This document shows positions 19,452 to 28,859 of a stretch of 64,000 nt of DNA, piece after piece (position 1 is the stretch's first letter; every line of letters begins with the position of its first letter). The notes below the pieces were generated by a model. That model worked only from the letters and a program-made list of their open reading frames with translations. It was not told where the DNA came from and did not search any database. The translations under genes were made by a program, and so were the position numbers. Location: contig CBDAOY010000007.1 in assembly GCA_965198225.1 (NCBI GenBank), positions 832,001 to 896,000 on the forward strand, written 5' to 3'. Source of the DNA: Terriglobia bacterium. GTDB lineage: Bacteria; Acidobacteriota; Terriglobia; 20CM-2-55-15.

Positions 19452-20813
19452 ATGCCCGAACTTCTGGAGTCGATCAACCCCTCGACCGGTGAGACAGTCG
19501 GTAGCGTCGCGGTCACACCCGTCGAGGACATCGGGCCGATAGTCGCGAGGGCGCGTGCCGCGCTCCCGTCCTGGAGCGGCGTCGGCATCGCAGAACGCGG
19601 CGAACTGCTCAAGCCGGCCGGTGAACGCTTACTCGAGCAGGCGGAGGACCTGGGTGCCCTGATCACTCGTGAAATGGGTAAGACACGTCGTTCGAGCGTG
19701 GCGGAGGTATCGAACTGCGGCAAACGCTTCTCCCGGGTCGTCGATGAGATCGTCGAATCCCTGCAGCCTCAGGAGATCGAAGATCGACACACGCGGTCGA
19801 CGATCTATTACGATCCCTTCGGCGTGTGCGCGACGATCGCGCCCTGGAACTATCCGGTATCCATGGCCCAGTGGATGCTGCTGCCGGCGTTGATTGCCGG
19901 AAACACCATAGTTGTGAAGCCGTCGGAAGAGACCCCCCTCAGTGGCCAGGCCTACGTCGATATCCTGGCCGAGCAATTGCCGCCCGACGTCCTGCAGATC
20001 ATCCACGGCGCCGATCAGCAGGGCAAAGCGCTTGTCGCCTCCGACGTGGACCTGATTGCGTTTACCGGTTCGAGAGCGGCCGGCAAGCACATCCTGGCCG
20101 CCGCGGCGCCCGGGTTGAAACGGGTGATCCTGGAGCTCGGCGGCAAGGATCCGATGATCATCCTGGCCGACGCGGACCTCGATGCTGCCGCGAAGTTTGC
20201 CGTGGTCAGTTGCTTCGAAAACGCCGGGCAGATGTGCATCTCGACCGAACGCATCTACGTGGACGAAGCGGTCGCCGAGGAGTTTCAACTCAAGCTCGTC
20301 GACCTGATGGCCGAATGGAAGGTCGGCGACGGCCTGGAAGAGGGCGTCCGGATGGGCCCGATGGTCCACGCGGAGCAGAAGAACCACGTCCTGTCTCACG
20401 TCAGCAAGGCCGTGGCAAAGGGAGCGACGGTTGTGGCCGGCGGGGAAGGGCATCACGATGGCTTCGTGATGCCCACCATTCTCGCCGACGTCACCGATGA
20501 CATGGAGATCATGCGCGAGGAAACGTTCGGACCCGTTGCCTGCATCCGCCCGTTCAAGGATGTCGATGAGGCTGTCGGCCAGGCCAACGACAATCCGTAC
20601 GGGCTTGGAGCCACGGTCTTCGGCCGGGACGAGGATAACGCCATGGCCGTTGCCCGGCGCCTCGACGCGGGAATGATCGGCGTCAACCGGGGTTGCTTCG
20701 GCGCTTCCGGCGCACCCTGGGTCGGCGCCAAGGAAAGCGGCTACGGCTTCCACAGTTCAGTCGCCGGCCACCGACAGTTCGCCCAGACCCGCGTCGTCAG
20801 TAGAGGAAAGTAG
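19452..20813 (+). CDS. Aldehyde dehydrogenase (SSADH-like)
   Basis: 'PWNYP', 'FTGS', 'LELGGKDP', 'GQMC', 'EETFGP'; GAGGAG RBS. Confidence 0.92.
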   Translation: MPELLESINPSTGETVGSVAVTPVEDIGPIVARARAALPSWSGVGIAERGELLKPAGERLLEQAEDLGALITREMGKTRRSSVAEVSNCGKRFSRVVDEIVESLQPQEIEDRHTRSTIYYDPFGVCATIAPWNYPVSMAQWMLLPALIAGNTIVVKPSEETPLSGQAYVDILAEQLPPDVLQIIHGADQQGKALVASDVDLIAFTGSRAAGKHILAAAAPGLKRVILELGGKDPMIILADADLDAAAKFAVVSCFENAGQMCISTERIYVDEAVAEEFQLKLVDLMAEWKVGDGLEEGVRMGPMVHAEQKNHVLSHVSKAVAKGATVVAGGEGHHDGFVMPTILADVTDDMEIMREETFGPVACIRPFKDVDEAVGQANDNPYGLGATVFGRDEDNAMAVARRLDAGMIGVNRGCFGASGAPWVGAKESGYGFHSSVAGHRQFAQTRVVSRGK

Positions 20814-20992
20814 TGTAGGTGCGGTCTATGACCGCACATTCCTCGAACCGCAGCAACGTGCGCTCACAGACGCACCTACACCCGAGCGAAGATCTGTCGT
20901 CTGCGGGAAAAGACGCAGGTCACGCAAGTGTATGTGCGGTCTATGACCGCACATCTTCCGGCGGCGCAGCCGCCAACCGCCAACGGCCTACG
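20814..20992. repeat. GTAG REP cluster
   Basis: TGTAGGTGCGGTCTATGACCGCAC..CGCACCTACA (20814-20880), a further copy at 20929 and caacggcctac at 20981. Confidence 0.8.
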
Positions 20993-21009
20993 TACTACTT
21001 CCTCCCCCC

Positions 21010-22638
21010 TCACCCCAACGCCGATAGGAACCTCGGCGCTTCCCGATGGTTCGTCGCCTGCTCGAAGGCGTAGGCTATCTTCAGCAGTGTCGGTTCGCTC
21101 CACGCCCGCCCGAAGAAGGAGATACCCACGGGAAGACCCGCCACGAAGCCCATGGGAACGGTGATGTCCGGGTAGCCAGCGACCGCCGCGGGCCGCGAAC
21201 TGAAGCCCGTCGCCTGATCGCCGTTGACGTGATCCGTCATCCAGGCGGGGTTCCCCGTCGGTGCGATGATCGCGTCGAGGTTGTGCTCGTCCATGAGCGC
21301 ATCGATTCCTTCGCGTCTGGAATAGCGCCGGTTGTTCGCCAGGGCGTCGCGGTAAGCCTGATCGGTGAGGGGACCCTTTGCTTCGGAGTCGACGAGGATT
21401 TCCTGACCGAAGAAAGGCATCGAGCGATCCCGGTTTTCTTCGTTGAAGGCGATGATTTCCGCCAGGCGCTTCACCGGGGCCGCCGGACCCAGACCCTCCA
21501 GGTATGCGTTGAGGCTGGCCTTGAACTCATACATCATCGCCTCGAATTCCGAGTCCCCGTACTTGTCCATGTTCGGGACATCTGCCGGATCGACGATCGT
21601 CGCGCCCCCGGCCGCCATCGCCGTAACCGCCTCATCGAACAGAGCCACGACTCGCGCATCAAAGCCGGGGAAATTGCGCGCGACCCCTATTCGCGCGTCC
21701 CGCAGGCCACCTGCCTCGAGAAACTGGGTGTAGTCGTCGTAGGAATTGCCCTCGCTTGCAGCCGTCGCGTCGTCCCGGGGGTCGACGCCGGTCAGCGCAC
21801 CAAGCAGCACGGCCCCGTCGCGCACCGTCCGGACCATCGGGCCTGCGGTGTCTTGAATGTGCGAGATGGGGATGATTCCCGCGCGGCTTACCAAGCCGAC
21901 CGTCGGCTTGACGCCGACGATGCCGTTGCGCGTGGACGGACACACGATGGAACCGTCGGTTTCGGTTCCGATCGCAAGCGCTCCGAGGTTTGCTGCGATC
22001 GCGACACCGGACCCGGAACTCGAGCCACAGGGATTGCGGTCCAGCGCGTACGGGTTGCGACATTGCCCGCCTCGTCCGCTCCATCCACTCGAGGACATCG
22101 TGGACCGGAAATTTGCCCACTCGCTCAGATTCGCTTTCGCGAGGATTATGGCGCCCGCTTCCCGGAGTTTCTGTGCGACGGAAGAATCCTGCGCCGGGAT
22201 CGACCCTTCCAGGGCAAGCGACCCCGCCGTCGTCGTCATCTGATCGGCGGTGTCGATGTTGTCCTTGATGATCACGGGGATTCCATGAAGCGGTCCGCGT
22301 GTAGTGCCCGACCCGCGTTCCGCATCGAATTGGTCGGCAATCTCCAGTGCCTGGGGATTGGTTTCGATGATCGAGCCCAGGCCCGGCCCTTGACGGTCCA
22401 GTTCGTCGATCCGACCCAGATACAACTCGGTGATCGAACGGGCCGTACGTTGGCCCGATTCCATGCTTTCCTGGAGGGCCGCGACGGTGGTTTCATCGAG
22501 TTCGAACGGGGTTGTGGCCGGATCCGCACCCTCGGACTCCGTGTCCGTTTCGCTGCCGGGTGTACATCCCGTGGATGCCGCCGCGAGCCCGGCGCCCCCC
22601 ATAATTGTCGTTCCCAGGAACCGTCTTCGATTGATCAT
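21010..22638 (-). CDS. Amidase-signature family enzyme with Tat signal
   Basis: 'INRRRFLG' Tat motif; 'IKDNIDT', 'CGSSSGSG', 'GTETDGSIVCPS'. Confidence 0.93.
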   Translation of the reverse strand: MINRRRFLGTTIMGGAGLAAASTGCTPGSETDTESEGADPATTPFELDETTVAALQESMESGQRTARSITELYLGRIDELDRQGPGLGSIIETNPQALEIADQFDAERGSGTTRGPLHGIPVIIKDNIDTADQMTTTAGSLALEGSIPAQDSSVAQKLREAGAIILAKANLSEWANFRSTMSSSGWSGRGGQCRNPYALDRNPCGSSSGSGVAIAANLGALAIGTETDGSIVCPSTRNGIVGVKPTVGLVSRAGIIPISHIQDTAGPMVRTVRDGAVLLGALTGVDPRDDATAASEGNSYDDYTQFLEAGGLRDARIGVARNFPGFDARVVALFDEAVTAMAAGGATIVDPADVPNMDKYGDSEFEAMMYEFKASLNAYLEGLGPAAPVKRLAEIIAFNEENRDRSMPFFGQEILVDSEAKGPLTDQAYRDALANNRRYSRREGIDALMDEHNLDAIIAPTGNPAWMTDHVNGDQATGFSSRPAAVAGYPDITVPMGFVAGLPVGISFFGRAWSEPTLLKIAYAFEQATNHREAPRFLSALG

Positions 22639-22861
22639 AATGTCTCCTCGTTTTTCTGTTCAGGAAGACTAAGAAACTATTCGAATTCCGAGATCAAGTC
22701 GAGCAGGAATCGGTGGAAGGAATCAAGACCCTCCGACGATGAAGTGGTCAGTGGTCGGTGTTGCGATGCCGCCGCGAGCCCGGCGCCCCCCATAATTGTC
22801 GTTCCCAGGAACCGTCTTCGATTGATCATAATGTCTCCTCGTTTTTCTGTTCAGGAAGACT
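22574..22861. repeat. Perfect 97-bp direct repeat (22574-22670, 22765-22861) of amidase RBS plus Tat signal
   Basis: Identical copies separated by 94 unique bp. Confidence 0.9.
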
Positions 22862-22969
22862 GGGCAGCGGGAAGTTCCTCCTGTTGCCCGGGTCCGAGCG
22901 CAGCGCTAGAATGGGCAGCGACACCCGTCCGAACAACCGTATCTCGGGAACTTTTAGGAGGACTGAAGT

Positions 22970-23794
22970 ATGACTCCATTGGCTTCTCGCCTGTTGGTCG
23001 TCATGGTTTTTGCGGTGACCACGGCCACCCTCCTCGGTGCGCAGACCCTCCATACCGTATCGTTCCAGGGTGACGAACTCGAGAGTTTCCTGCAGAACGC
23101 CGAGGTCACGGATCTGGAAGGAACCGAGGAGGGCGTCACCCGTCCCAAGAAGGCGACGCTCGAATTGGACTCCCGGACACACTTTGCGCTTTTCAAGACC
23201 ATCGACGTCTTCAGACCCGGATTCACGAGGATGCGCAACGGCGTTATAGAGGTCGATTTCCAGGACAGTTGGAAGACAGATGTCGCGGCCTACGAGCTGG
23301 ACAAGATGATCGGCCTCGGCATGGTTCCGACGACGGTCGAGCGGCGCCACCGGGGCGATCGGGGCTCGATGCAATGGTGGGTCGACAACACCATGTCCGA
23401 GTTGGACCGCGTCGAGGATGGAATCGCCCCGCCCGATCCGCAGGCCTGGAGCGAAATGGTCTACAAGATGCGCTTGTTCGACAGCCTCATCTACAACGTG
23501 GATCGACAAACGCGAAACATGCTCGTCACCGAGGATTGGCGGATCGTTCTGATCGATCACTCTCGATCGTTCCGAACCACGGCGGAACTTCGCAAACCGG
23601 ACCAGATGACCCGGTTCTCGAAGTCACTTCTCGAGAACATTGCTAAGCTGGATGAAGAAGCCTTGAAAGAGCGTCTCGGAAACTATCTGACGGTATATCA
23701 GATTCGCGCCATCCTGGAACGCCGGGACCTGATACTGGGGCACGCCAAGGAACTGGTCCGCCAGAGGGGCGAGGAACGGGTTCTGTTTCCTTGA
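22970..23794 (+). CDS. Exported hypothetical protein with atypical kinase-like motifs
   Basis: Signal peptide; 'ALFK', 'AAYELDK', 'LIYNVDR..NMLV', 'LIDHSRSF'; AGGAGG RBS. Confidence 0.7.
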   Translation: MTPLASRLLVVMVFAVTTATLLGAQTLHTVSFQGDELESFLQNAEVTDLEGTEEGVTRPKKATLELDSRTHFALFKTIDVFRPGFTRMRNGVIEVDFQDSWKTDVAAYELDKMIGLGMVPTTVERRHRGDRGSMQWWVDNTMSELDRVEDGIAPPDPQAWSEMVYKMRLFDSLIYNVDRQTRNMLVTEDWRIVLIDHSRSFRTTAELRKPDQMTRFSKSLLENIAKLDEEALKERLGNYLTVYQIRAILERRDLILGHAKELVRQRGEERVLFP

Positions 23795-24006
23795 GGGCGA
23801 CTGAAACCGGAAAAAGTGAAGTTTCACCAGGCCGGTAACGTTCCCGGGAAGCCCTGGCTGCTTCCAATCTCATCACAACATCTGCACGTTCCTCGAGATC
23901 GATGAGCGCCAGGGCCAGCCGTCATCGTGACGGATTTGATGAGGCCAGAGGCTTGAGGAGAAGTGCGAGCCGACCTAGAGCAAGCAGTCCGCTAGAGAGG
24001 AACCAC

Positions 24007-25659
24007 GTGAAAGCATCCGATTTATTGGTTAGATGTCTGGAAGAAGAAGGTATCGAGTACGTATTTGGCGTGCCGGGCGAAGAAAACGCCGATTTCGTGA
24101 TGTCCCTCGAGCAGTCGAATAAGATCAAATTCATTCTGACGCGCCACGAACAGGGCGCCTCCTTCATGGCCGAGATCTACGGCCGGCTGACCGGCAATCC
24201 CGCCGGCTGCCTTGGAACGCTGGGTCCCGGTGCAACCAATCTGATTACCGGTGTCGCCGACGCCAACATGGATCGCGCGCCGATTCTGGTGCTGACGGGC
24301 CAGGGATCGACGGACCGGCTGCACAAAGAGTCGCATCAAATCATGGATGTCGTGAGCATGTTCACGCCGGTGACCAAGTGGGCGGCGACGATCCTGAATG
24401 CCGACACTATCCCGGAAGTCGTCAGAAAAGCCGTTCGGCTGACACGGACGGAGAAGCCCGGCGCTGTGCACATCGAGCTGCCGGAAGACATCGCGAGCAT
24501 GGATTCGTCCGGAAAACCGATGACGCCGCACCGTTTTCGCCGCTCGGTGCCGGACAGCAAGATTGTCGACACGGCATTTGCCATGCTGCAGGACTCTACA
24601 CGGCCGATCATTCTTGCGGGCAACGGCTGCATTCGCAAGCGGGCAAGCAAACAGCTCCGGCTGCTGTGTGAAAAAACCGGCATTGGCGTCGTCAGTACCT
24701 TTATGGCGAAAGGCTGTGTCGACATGGATGCGGCCTATTGCCTCTATACCGTCGGGCTTGGCACCAAGGACCGTATTTCGATTGCAATAGACGATGCAGA
24801 CCTCGTGATCGCGCTCGGCTTCGACATGGTCGAATATGATCCGCAACTGTGGAATCCGAACGGCGACCGGCGGATTCTCCACGTCGACTTTCTACCTGCC
24901 GAAGTCGATTCGCACTATAACCCGGCAGCGGAACTGGTGGGCGACCTTGCGCACGCGTTGTGGATGCTGAATGAGCGATTCGACGAGCATGGGGTACCGG
25001 AATTCGATTTCTCCCTGCAACGGAGTTGCCGGGACGAAATGACGGTGGATTTTGCGGAATACAAAGATGATGAGACCGAAGACGTGATTCGACCACAGAA
25101 GGCCTTGTGGGACGCCAGGCAGGTCATGGGTCCGTTCGATATCCTGCTGTCCGATGTCGGTGCTCACAAGATGTGGATTGCGCGGCACTACCAGTGCCAT
25201 GAGCCGAATACCTGTCTGATTCCAAACGGCTTCTGCTCCATGGGCTTTGCCCTACCCGGCGCTATTGCTGCCGGCATCGTGCATCCCGAGCGACGCATTC
25301 TCGCCGTCGCCGGCGACGCCGGATTCCTGATGAACGTGCAGGAAATGGAAACCGCGGCGAGAATCGGCAGCAACATCGTCGTCATGGTGTGGGAAGACAA
25401 GGAATACGGTCTGATTGCCTGGAAACAGGAGACCCGCTTTGGTCGCCATACCGACCTGGCGTTCGGCAATCCGGAATGGAGAACGCTGGCTCAGGCGTTC
25501 GGTTGGCACGGGCACTACGTGAAGAATGCAGCCGACCTGGCCCCTACACTTGAAGCCGGGTTCCAGGAAGACGGGCCGAGCCTGGTGGTCATTCCGATCG
25601 ATTATCGCGAGAACCGGCTACTGACCAAGAAGCTCGGAGAAATCACATGCAAGATTTGA
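24007..25659 (+). CDS. ThDP-dependent acetolactate synthase-like enzyme, probable 2-oxoglutarate decarboxylase clade
   Basis: 'FGVPGEEN', 'RHEQGASFMA', 'SDVGAHKMWIARHY', 'GDAGFLMN', 'IDYREN'. Confidence 0.85.
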   Translation: MKASDLLVRCLEEEGIEYVFGVPGEENADFVMSLEQSNKIKFILTRHEQGASFMAEIYGRLTGNPAGCLGTLGPGATNLITGVADANMDRAPILVLTGQGSTDRLHKESHQIMDVVSMFTPVTKWAATILNADTIPEVVRKAVRLTRTEKPGAVHIELPEDIASMDSSGKPMTPHRFRRSVPDSKIVDTAFAMLQDSTRPIILAGNGCIRKRASKQLRLLCEKTGIGVVSTFMAKGCVDMDAAYCLYTVGLGTKDRISIAIDDADLVIALGFDMVEYDPQLWNPNGDRRILHVDFLPAEVDSHYNPAAELVGDLAHALWMLNERFDEHGVPEFDFSLQRSCRDEMTVDFAEYKDDETEDVIRPQKALWDARQVMGPFDILLSDVGAHKMWIARHYQCHEPNTCLIPNGFCSMGFALPGAIAAGIVHPERRILAVAGDAGFLMNVQEMETAARIGSNIVVMVWEDKEYGLIAWKQETRFGRHTDLAFGNPEWRTLAQAFGWHGHYVKNAADLAPTLEAGFQEDGPSLVVIPIDYRENRLLTKKLGEITCKI

Positions 25660-27077
25660 TGCTGGAGAGCAGCCGGCCAGCGACCGGCACACTCTCAGTC
25701 AAGTCACCGTTCGATGGTCGTGAGCTCGACCAGATCGCAACGGCAGGGCCGGATCACGTGGACGACGCGATGTTCGCCGCGAGCGCATTGTTTCGCGACA
25801 GAGAATGCTGGCCCTCGATTCCAGAGCGGGTTGAGCTCCTCAACAAGGCCGCCGCCATCATGAGCGGGCAGATTGAGGAACTCACCCTGCTGGCGGCAAG
25901 CGAAGGGGGCAAACCCTACAGGGACTCGAAAGTGGAGGTAATCCGTGCCGTCGATGGCGTACATCTGTGTGTCGAAACGCTGCGCGCCCACTCGGGCTCC
26001 GTCATTCCGATCGGCTCAACCAAGGCGACCACCGGCAGGCTTGCATTCACGCAGAAGGAACCCATTGGCGTCGTCGTCGCGGTGAGCGCGTTCAACCATC
26101 CGTTGAACCTGATCGTTCATCAGGTCGGGCCGGCCGTAGCAACAGGTTGTCCTGTCATTGTGAAGCCGGCCGCCGAAACGCCGCTATCCTGCCTGCGCTT
26201 CGTCGAAATACTCCGCGAAGCAGGGCTGCCCGACGCATGGTGTCAGGCGATCGTGACGGACGACCTGGCAACAGCCGAAAAGCTGGTCACCGATGCGCGT
26301 GTTGGGTTTTTCAGTTTTATCGGCAGCGCCCGTGTTGGTTGGATGCTTCGTTCAAGACTGGCCCCCGGGACACGCTGCGCCCTGGAGCACGGCGGCGCCG
26401 CGCCTGTCATACTTGCAGATCCATACGACAGGGAACTCGCCCTCACGTCCATCCTCAAGGGTGGCTTCTACCATGCCGGCCAGGTCTGCGTGTCGGTTCA
26501 GCGAGTGTTCGCGCCCGTCGCAGACGCGGCCGAGTTTGCCGATGCCCTGGCGAAGCGTGCAGAGGCGCTTGTCGTTGGTGCGCCGGAAGATCCCGGAACC
26601 GATGTAGGTCCTCTTATCCGTACCGGCGAGGTCGATAGAGTTGCCGAGTGGGTCGATGAAGCCGTGGCGGCAGGTGCCAAACTGGTTTGTGGCGGCAACA
26701 AGATCTCAGACAGCTGCTACGCCCCAAGCGTACTGTTCGATCCGCCCGACGACGTCCGCGTCAGCACGATGGAGATTTTTGGTCCGGTCGTCTGCGTCTA
26801 CCCGTTTGACGATGTCGACGCCGCTGTTCAACAGGCAAACTCGCTGCCGGTGGCATTTCAAGCCGCCGTCTTCAGCGACGATAGCGAGCAGGCGATGCGC
26901 TTGTACAAACAACTGGACGCCTCTGCAGTCATGATTAACGACCACACTGCTTTTCGTGACGATGTCATGCCGTTTGCCGGGCTGCGCGAGTCCGGCCTTG
27001 GCGTCGGCGGCATTCCTTACACCATGGAAGACATGCAGATCGATAAAATGATGGTCATGAAATCTGCGGGGTTATAA
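25647..27077 (+). CDS. Aldehyde dehydrogenase (ALDH21/RL0313-like)
   Basis: 'AFNHPLNL', 'FIGS', 'LEHGGAAP', 'HAGQVCVSVQR'; overlaps upstream gene by 13 nt. Confidence 0.9.
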   Translation: MQDLMLESSRPATGTLSVKSPFDGRELDQIATAGPDHVDDAMFAASALFRDRECWPSIPERVELLNKAAAIMSGQIEELTLLAASEGGKPYRDSKVEVIRAVDGVHLCVETLRAHSGSVIPIGSTKATTGRLAFTQKEPIGVVVAVSAFNHPLNLIVHQVGPAVATGCPVIVKPAAETPLSCLRFVEILREAGLPDAWCQAIVTDDLATAEKLVTDARVGFFSFIGSARVGWMLRSRLAPGTRCALEHGGAAPVILADPYDRELALTSILKGGFYHAGQVCVSVQRVFAPVADAAEFADALAKRAEALVVGAPEDPGTDVGPLIRTGEVDRVAEWVDEAVAAGAKLVCGGNKISDSCYAPSVLFDPPDDVRVSTMEIFGPVVCVYPFDDVDAAVQQANSLPVAFQAAVFSDDSEQAMRLYKQLDASAVMINDHTAFRDDVMPFAGLRESGLGVGGIPYTMEDMQIDKMMVMKSAGL

Positions 27078-27147
27078 GAAGCAATCGCGAACACCACCAC
27101 GGGGCTATTCCCGTCGAAGAGTCCCTGAAACTTGCCGAGGTGTGATC

Positions 27148-28197
27148 ATGTCGTACTCGAACGAACTGAGATTCGCAGTGGGGTGGACCGTTGTCATGGC
27201 GCTCCTCATTAGCGTCGAGGCCTTTACGCAGGCCCTTCCTAATCCGTATCGCGCCGTTGATGGTTGGGCCAAGTTACCCGGCGGCAGGGAAATGGGCGCC
27301 GTTGGCGGGGTCGACATCGATCCTGATGGAGAGCATATCTGGGCTGTGATCCGCTGTGATGCCGGGCCGGATCGATTCGGCTATGAGTGTCTGGACTCGG
27401 ACCTGGATCCGGTCCTGAAGTTCGACCCGGCCGGCAATGTCGTGGAGAGCTTCGGCAGCGGTATGTTCATATGGCCGCACGGGATCGAGTTGGATCCGGC
27501 CGGCAACGTGTGGGTCACCGACGCGGTGAGCGCCCAACGAACGCCCGAAGGAACCCGAGGGCACAAGGTCGTCAAGTTCGACCCCAGGGGTGAGGTGTTG
27601 ATGACGCTGGGCACGCCGGGAGTTCCGGGAAGCGGTCCGGACCACTTCAACTCCCCCAGTGACGTCGTCGTGGCAGACAATGGCGACATTTTCGTCGCCG
27701 ATGGTCACGGTGCCGACACGAACAACCGGGTCGTGAAGTTTTCCAGTGACGGGACCTTCATCAGGGCGTGGGGACAGACCGGCTATGCGCCGGGTGAGTT
27801 CCGGACGCTCCACGCGATCGCGATGGACTCACGAGGGCGCGTATTCGTCGCAGACCGGTCGAACAACCGCGTGCAGATCTTCGATCGGGACGGAGACTTT
27901 ATCGCGGTGTGGACGCAGTTCGGGCGGCCGAGTGGCATCTTTTTTGACGACAACGACAGGATTTACGTGGCCGACTCGGAGTCGGACGACGTGCAGAACC
28001 CGGGCTGGGAGATGGGCATCCGCATCGGAGATGCGCTCTCCGGCTGGATTTCCGAGTTCATTCTCTATCCGTGGGGAGATCCGCGCGTTACTGCCGGCAA
28101 TGGTGCGGAGTTCGTCGCCCTCGATCGCGCCGGCAACCTGTACGGTGGCGAGCCCCGCCCGAGGAAGTTGCAGAAGTATGCCAGGGTTCGGCGGTAG
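27148..28197 (+). CDS. Exported NHL-repeat beta-propeller (PAL-like)
   Basis: 'WPHGI', 'FNSPSDV', 'VADRSNNRVQIFD' NHL repeats; signal peptide. Confidence 0.88.
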   Translation: MSYSNELRFAVGWTVVMALLISVEAFTQALPNPYRAVDGWAKLPGGREMGAVGGVDIDPDGEHIWAVIRCDAGPDRFGYECLDSDLDPVLKFDPAGNVVESFGSGMFIWPHGIELDPAGNVWVTDAVSAQRTPEGTRGHKVVKFDPRGEVLMTLGTPGVPGSGPDHFNSPSDVVVADNGDIFVADGHGADTNNRVVKFSSDGTFIRAWGQTGYAPGEFRTLHAIAMDSRGRVFVADRSNNRVQIFDRDGDFIAVWTQFGRPSGIFFDDNDRIYVADSESDDVQNPGWEMGIRIGDALSGWISEFILYPWGDPRVTAGNGAEFVALDRAGNLYGGEPRPRKLQKYARVRR

Positions 28198-28245
28198 CCT
28201 GTAAGGGGTGTCCGAGCGGCGAAGATGGTGAAACGTCAGGATCGG

Positions 28246-28316
28246 GTGTAGGTGCGCTCTATGAGCGCACGTTGTTTCGGTTTGACCCATGTGCGGTCAT
28301 AGACCGCACCTACACC
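28246..28316. repeat. GTAG-type REP doublet
   Basis: GTGTAGGTGCGCTCTATGAGCGCAC ... GTGCGGTCATAGACCGCACCTACAC. Confidence 0.85.
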
Positions 28317-28319
28317 TCT

Positions 28320-28859
28320 CTAAGGCACATCGGGTCTGGGGTCGCCGATGAAGGCGTCTCGATTCGGCATCGCAACCTCCGGCAAGGTCGTGCGGTCCAT
28401 CACTGCGTCGGCGGGAATGATGTCGTTCTTCCACAGGAGCCAGGCTGTCACGGCATAGATGTCTTCATCGCTCAAAGACCCGGGCGCATCGAACGGCATC
28501 GTTCTCCGAACGTAGTCGAACACCGTTGTCGCATACGGCCAATAGCTTCCGATAGTCTTAGTGGGCTTCTGTCCTCCGACCAGTCGGTCATATGGACCCT
28601 CAACCCCTTCCTCGCCGTGACAGTCGGCACACTTCTCGCCGTACACCCTCGCTCCGTCGCCGACCGTACCTCTGCCCGGCGGAAGTCCCTCGCCGTCCGG
28701 CGCGACAGAGATATCGATTGCGGCAATTTCGGCCTCCGTGGGCCGGCTACCAATCCCGAGCCTCCCCTGCTGAGCCGCGGGAGAAGCCAGACCCACTGAA
28801 ATGACGAGGCATAGACCGACGCCACCCGCGAGAAGAGCTCTGCTCGCCCGTTTAGGCAT
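28320..28859 (-). CDS. soxD: Monoheme cytochrome c, SoxD-like
   Basis: 'CADCHG', 'TIGSYWPYATTVFDYVRRTMP', 'MPNRDAF'. Confidence 0.87.
   Translation of the reverse strand: MPKRASRALLAGGVGLCLVISVGLASPAAQQGRLGIGSRPTEAEIAAIDISVAPDGEGLPPGRGTVGDGARVYGEKCADCHGEEGVEGPYDRLVGGQKPTKTIGSYWPYATTVFDYVRRTMPFDAPGSLSDEDIYAVTAWLLWKNDIIPADAVMDRTTLPEVAMPNRDAFIGDPRPDVP

Noticed and set aside
21046-23073. Long antisense or alternate-frame ORFs (also 15530-16804, 56184-58103, 34713-35768 and others)
   Set aside because: Shadows of well-supported genes in GC-rich DNA, with no recognisable motifs
24007-25659. Calling the ThDP enzyme ilvB
   Set aside because: No regulatory subunit or ilv genes nearby; motifs and ALDH partner fit a decarboxylase better
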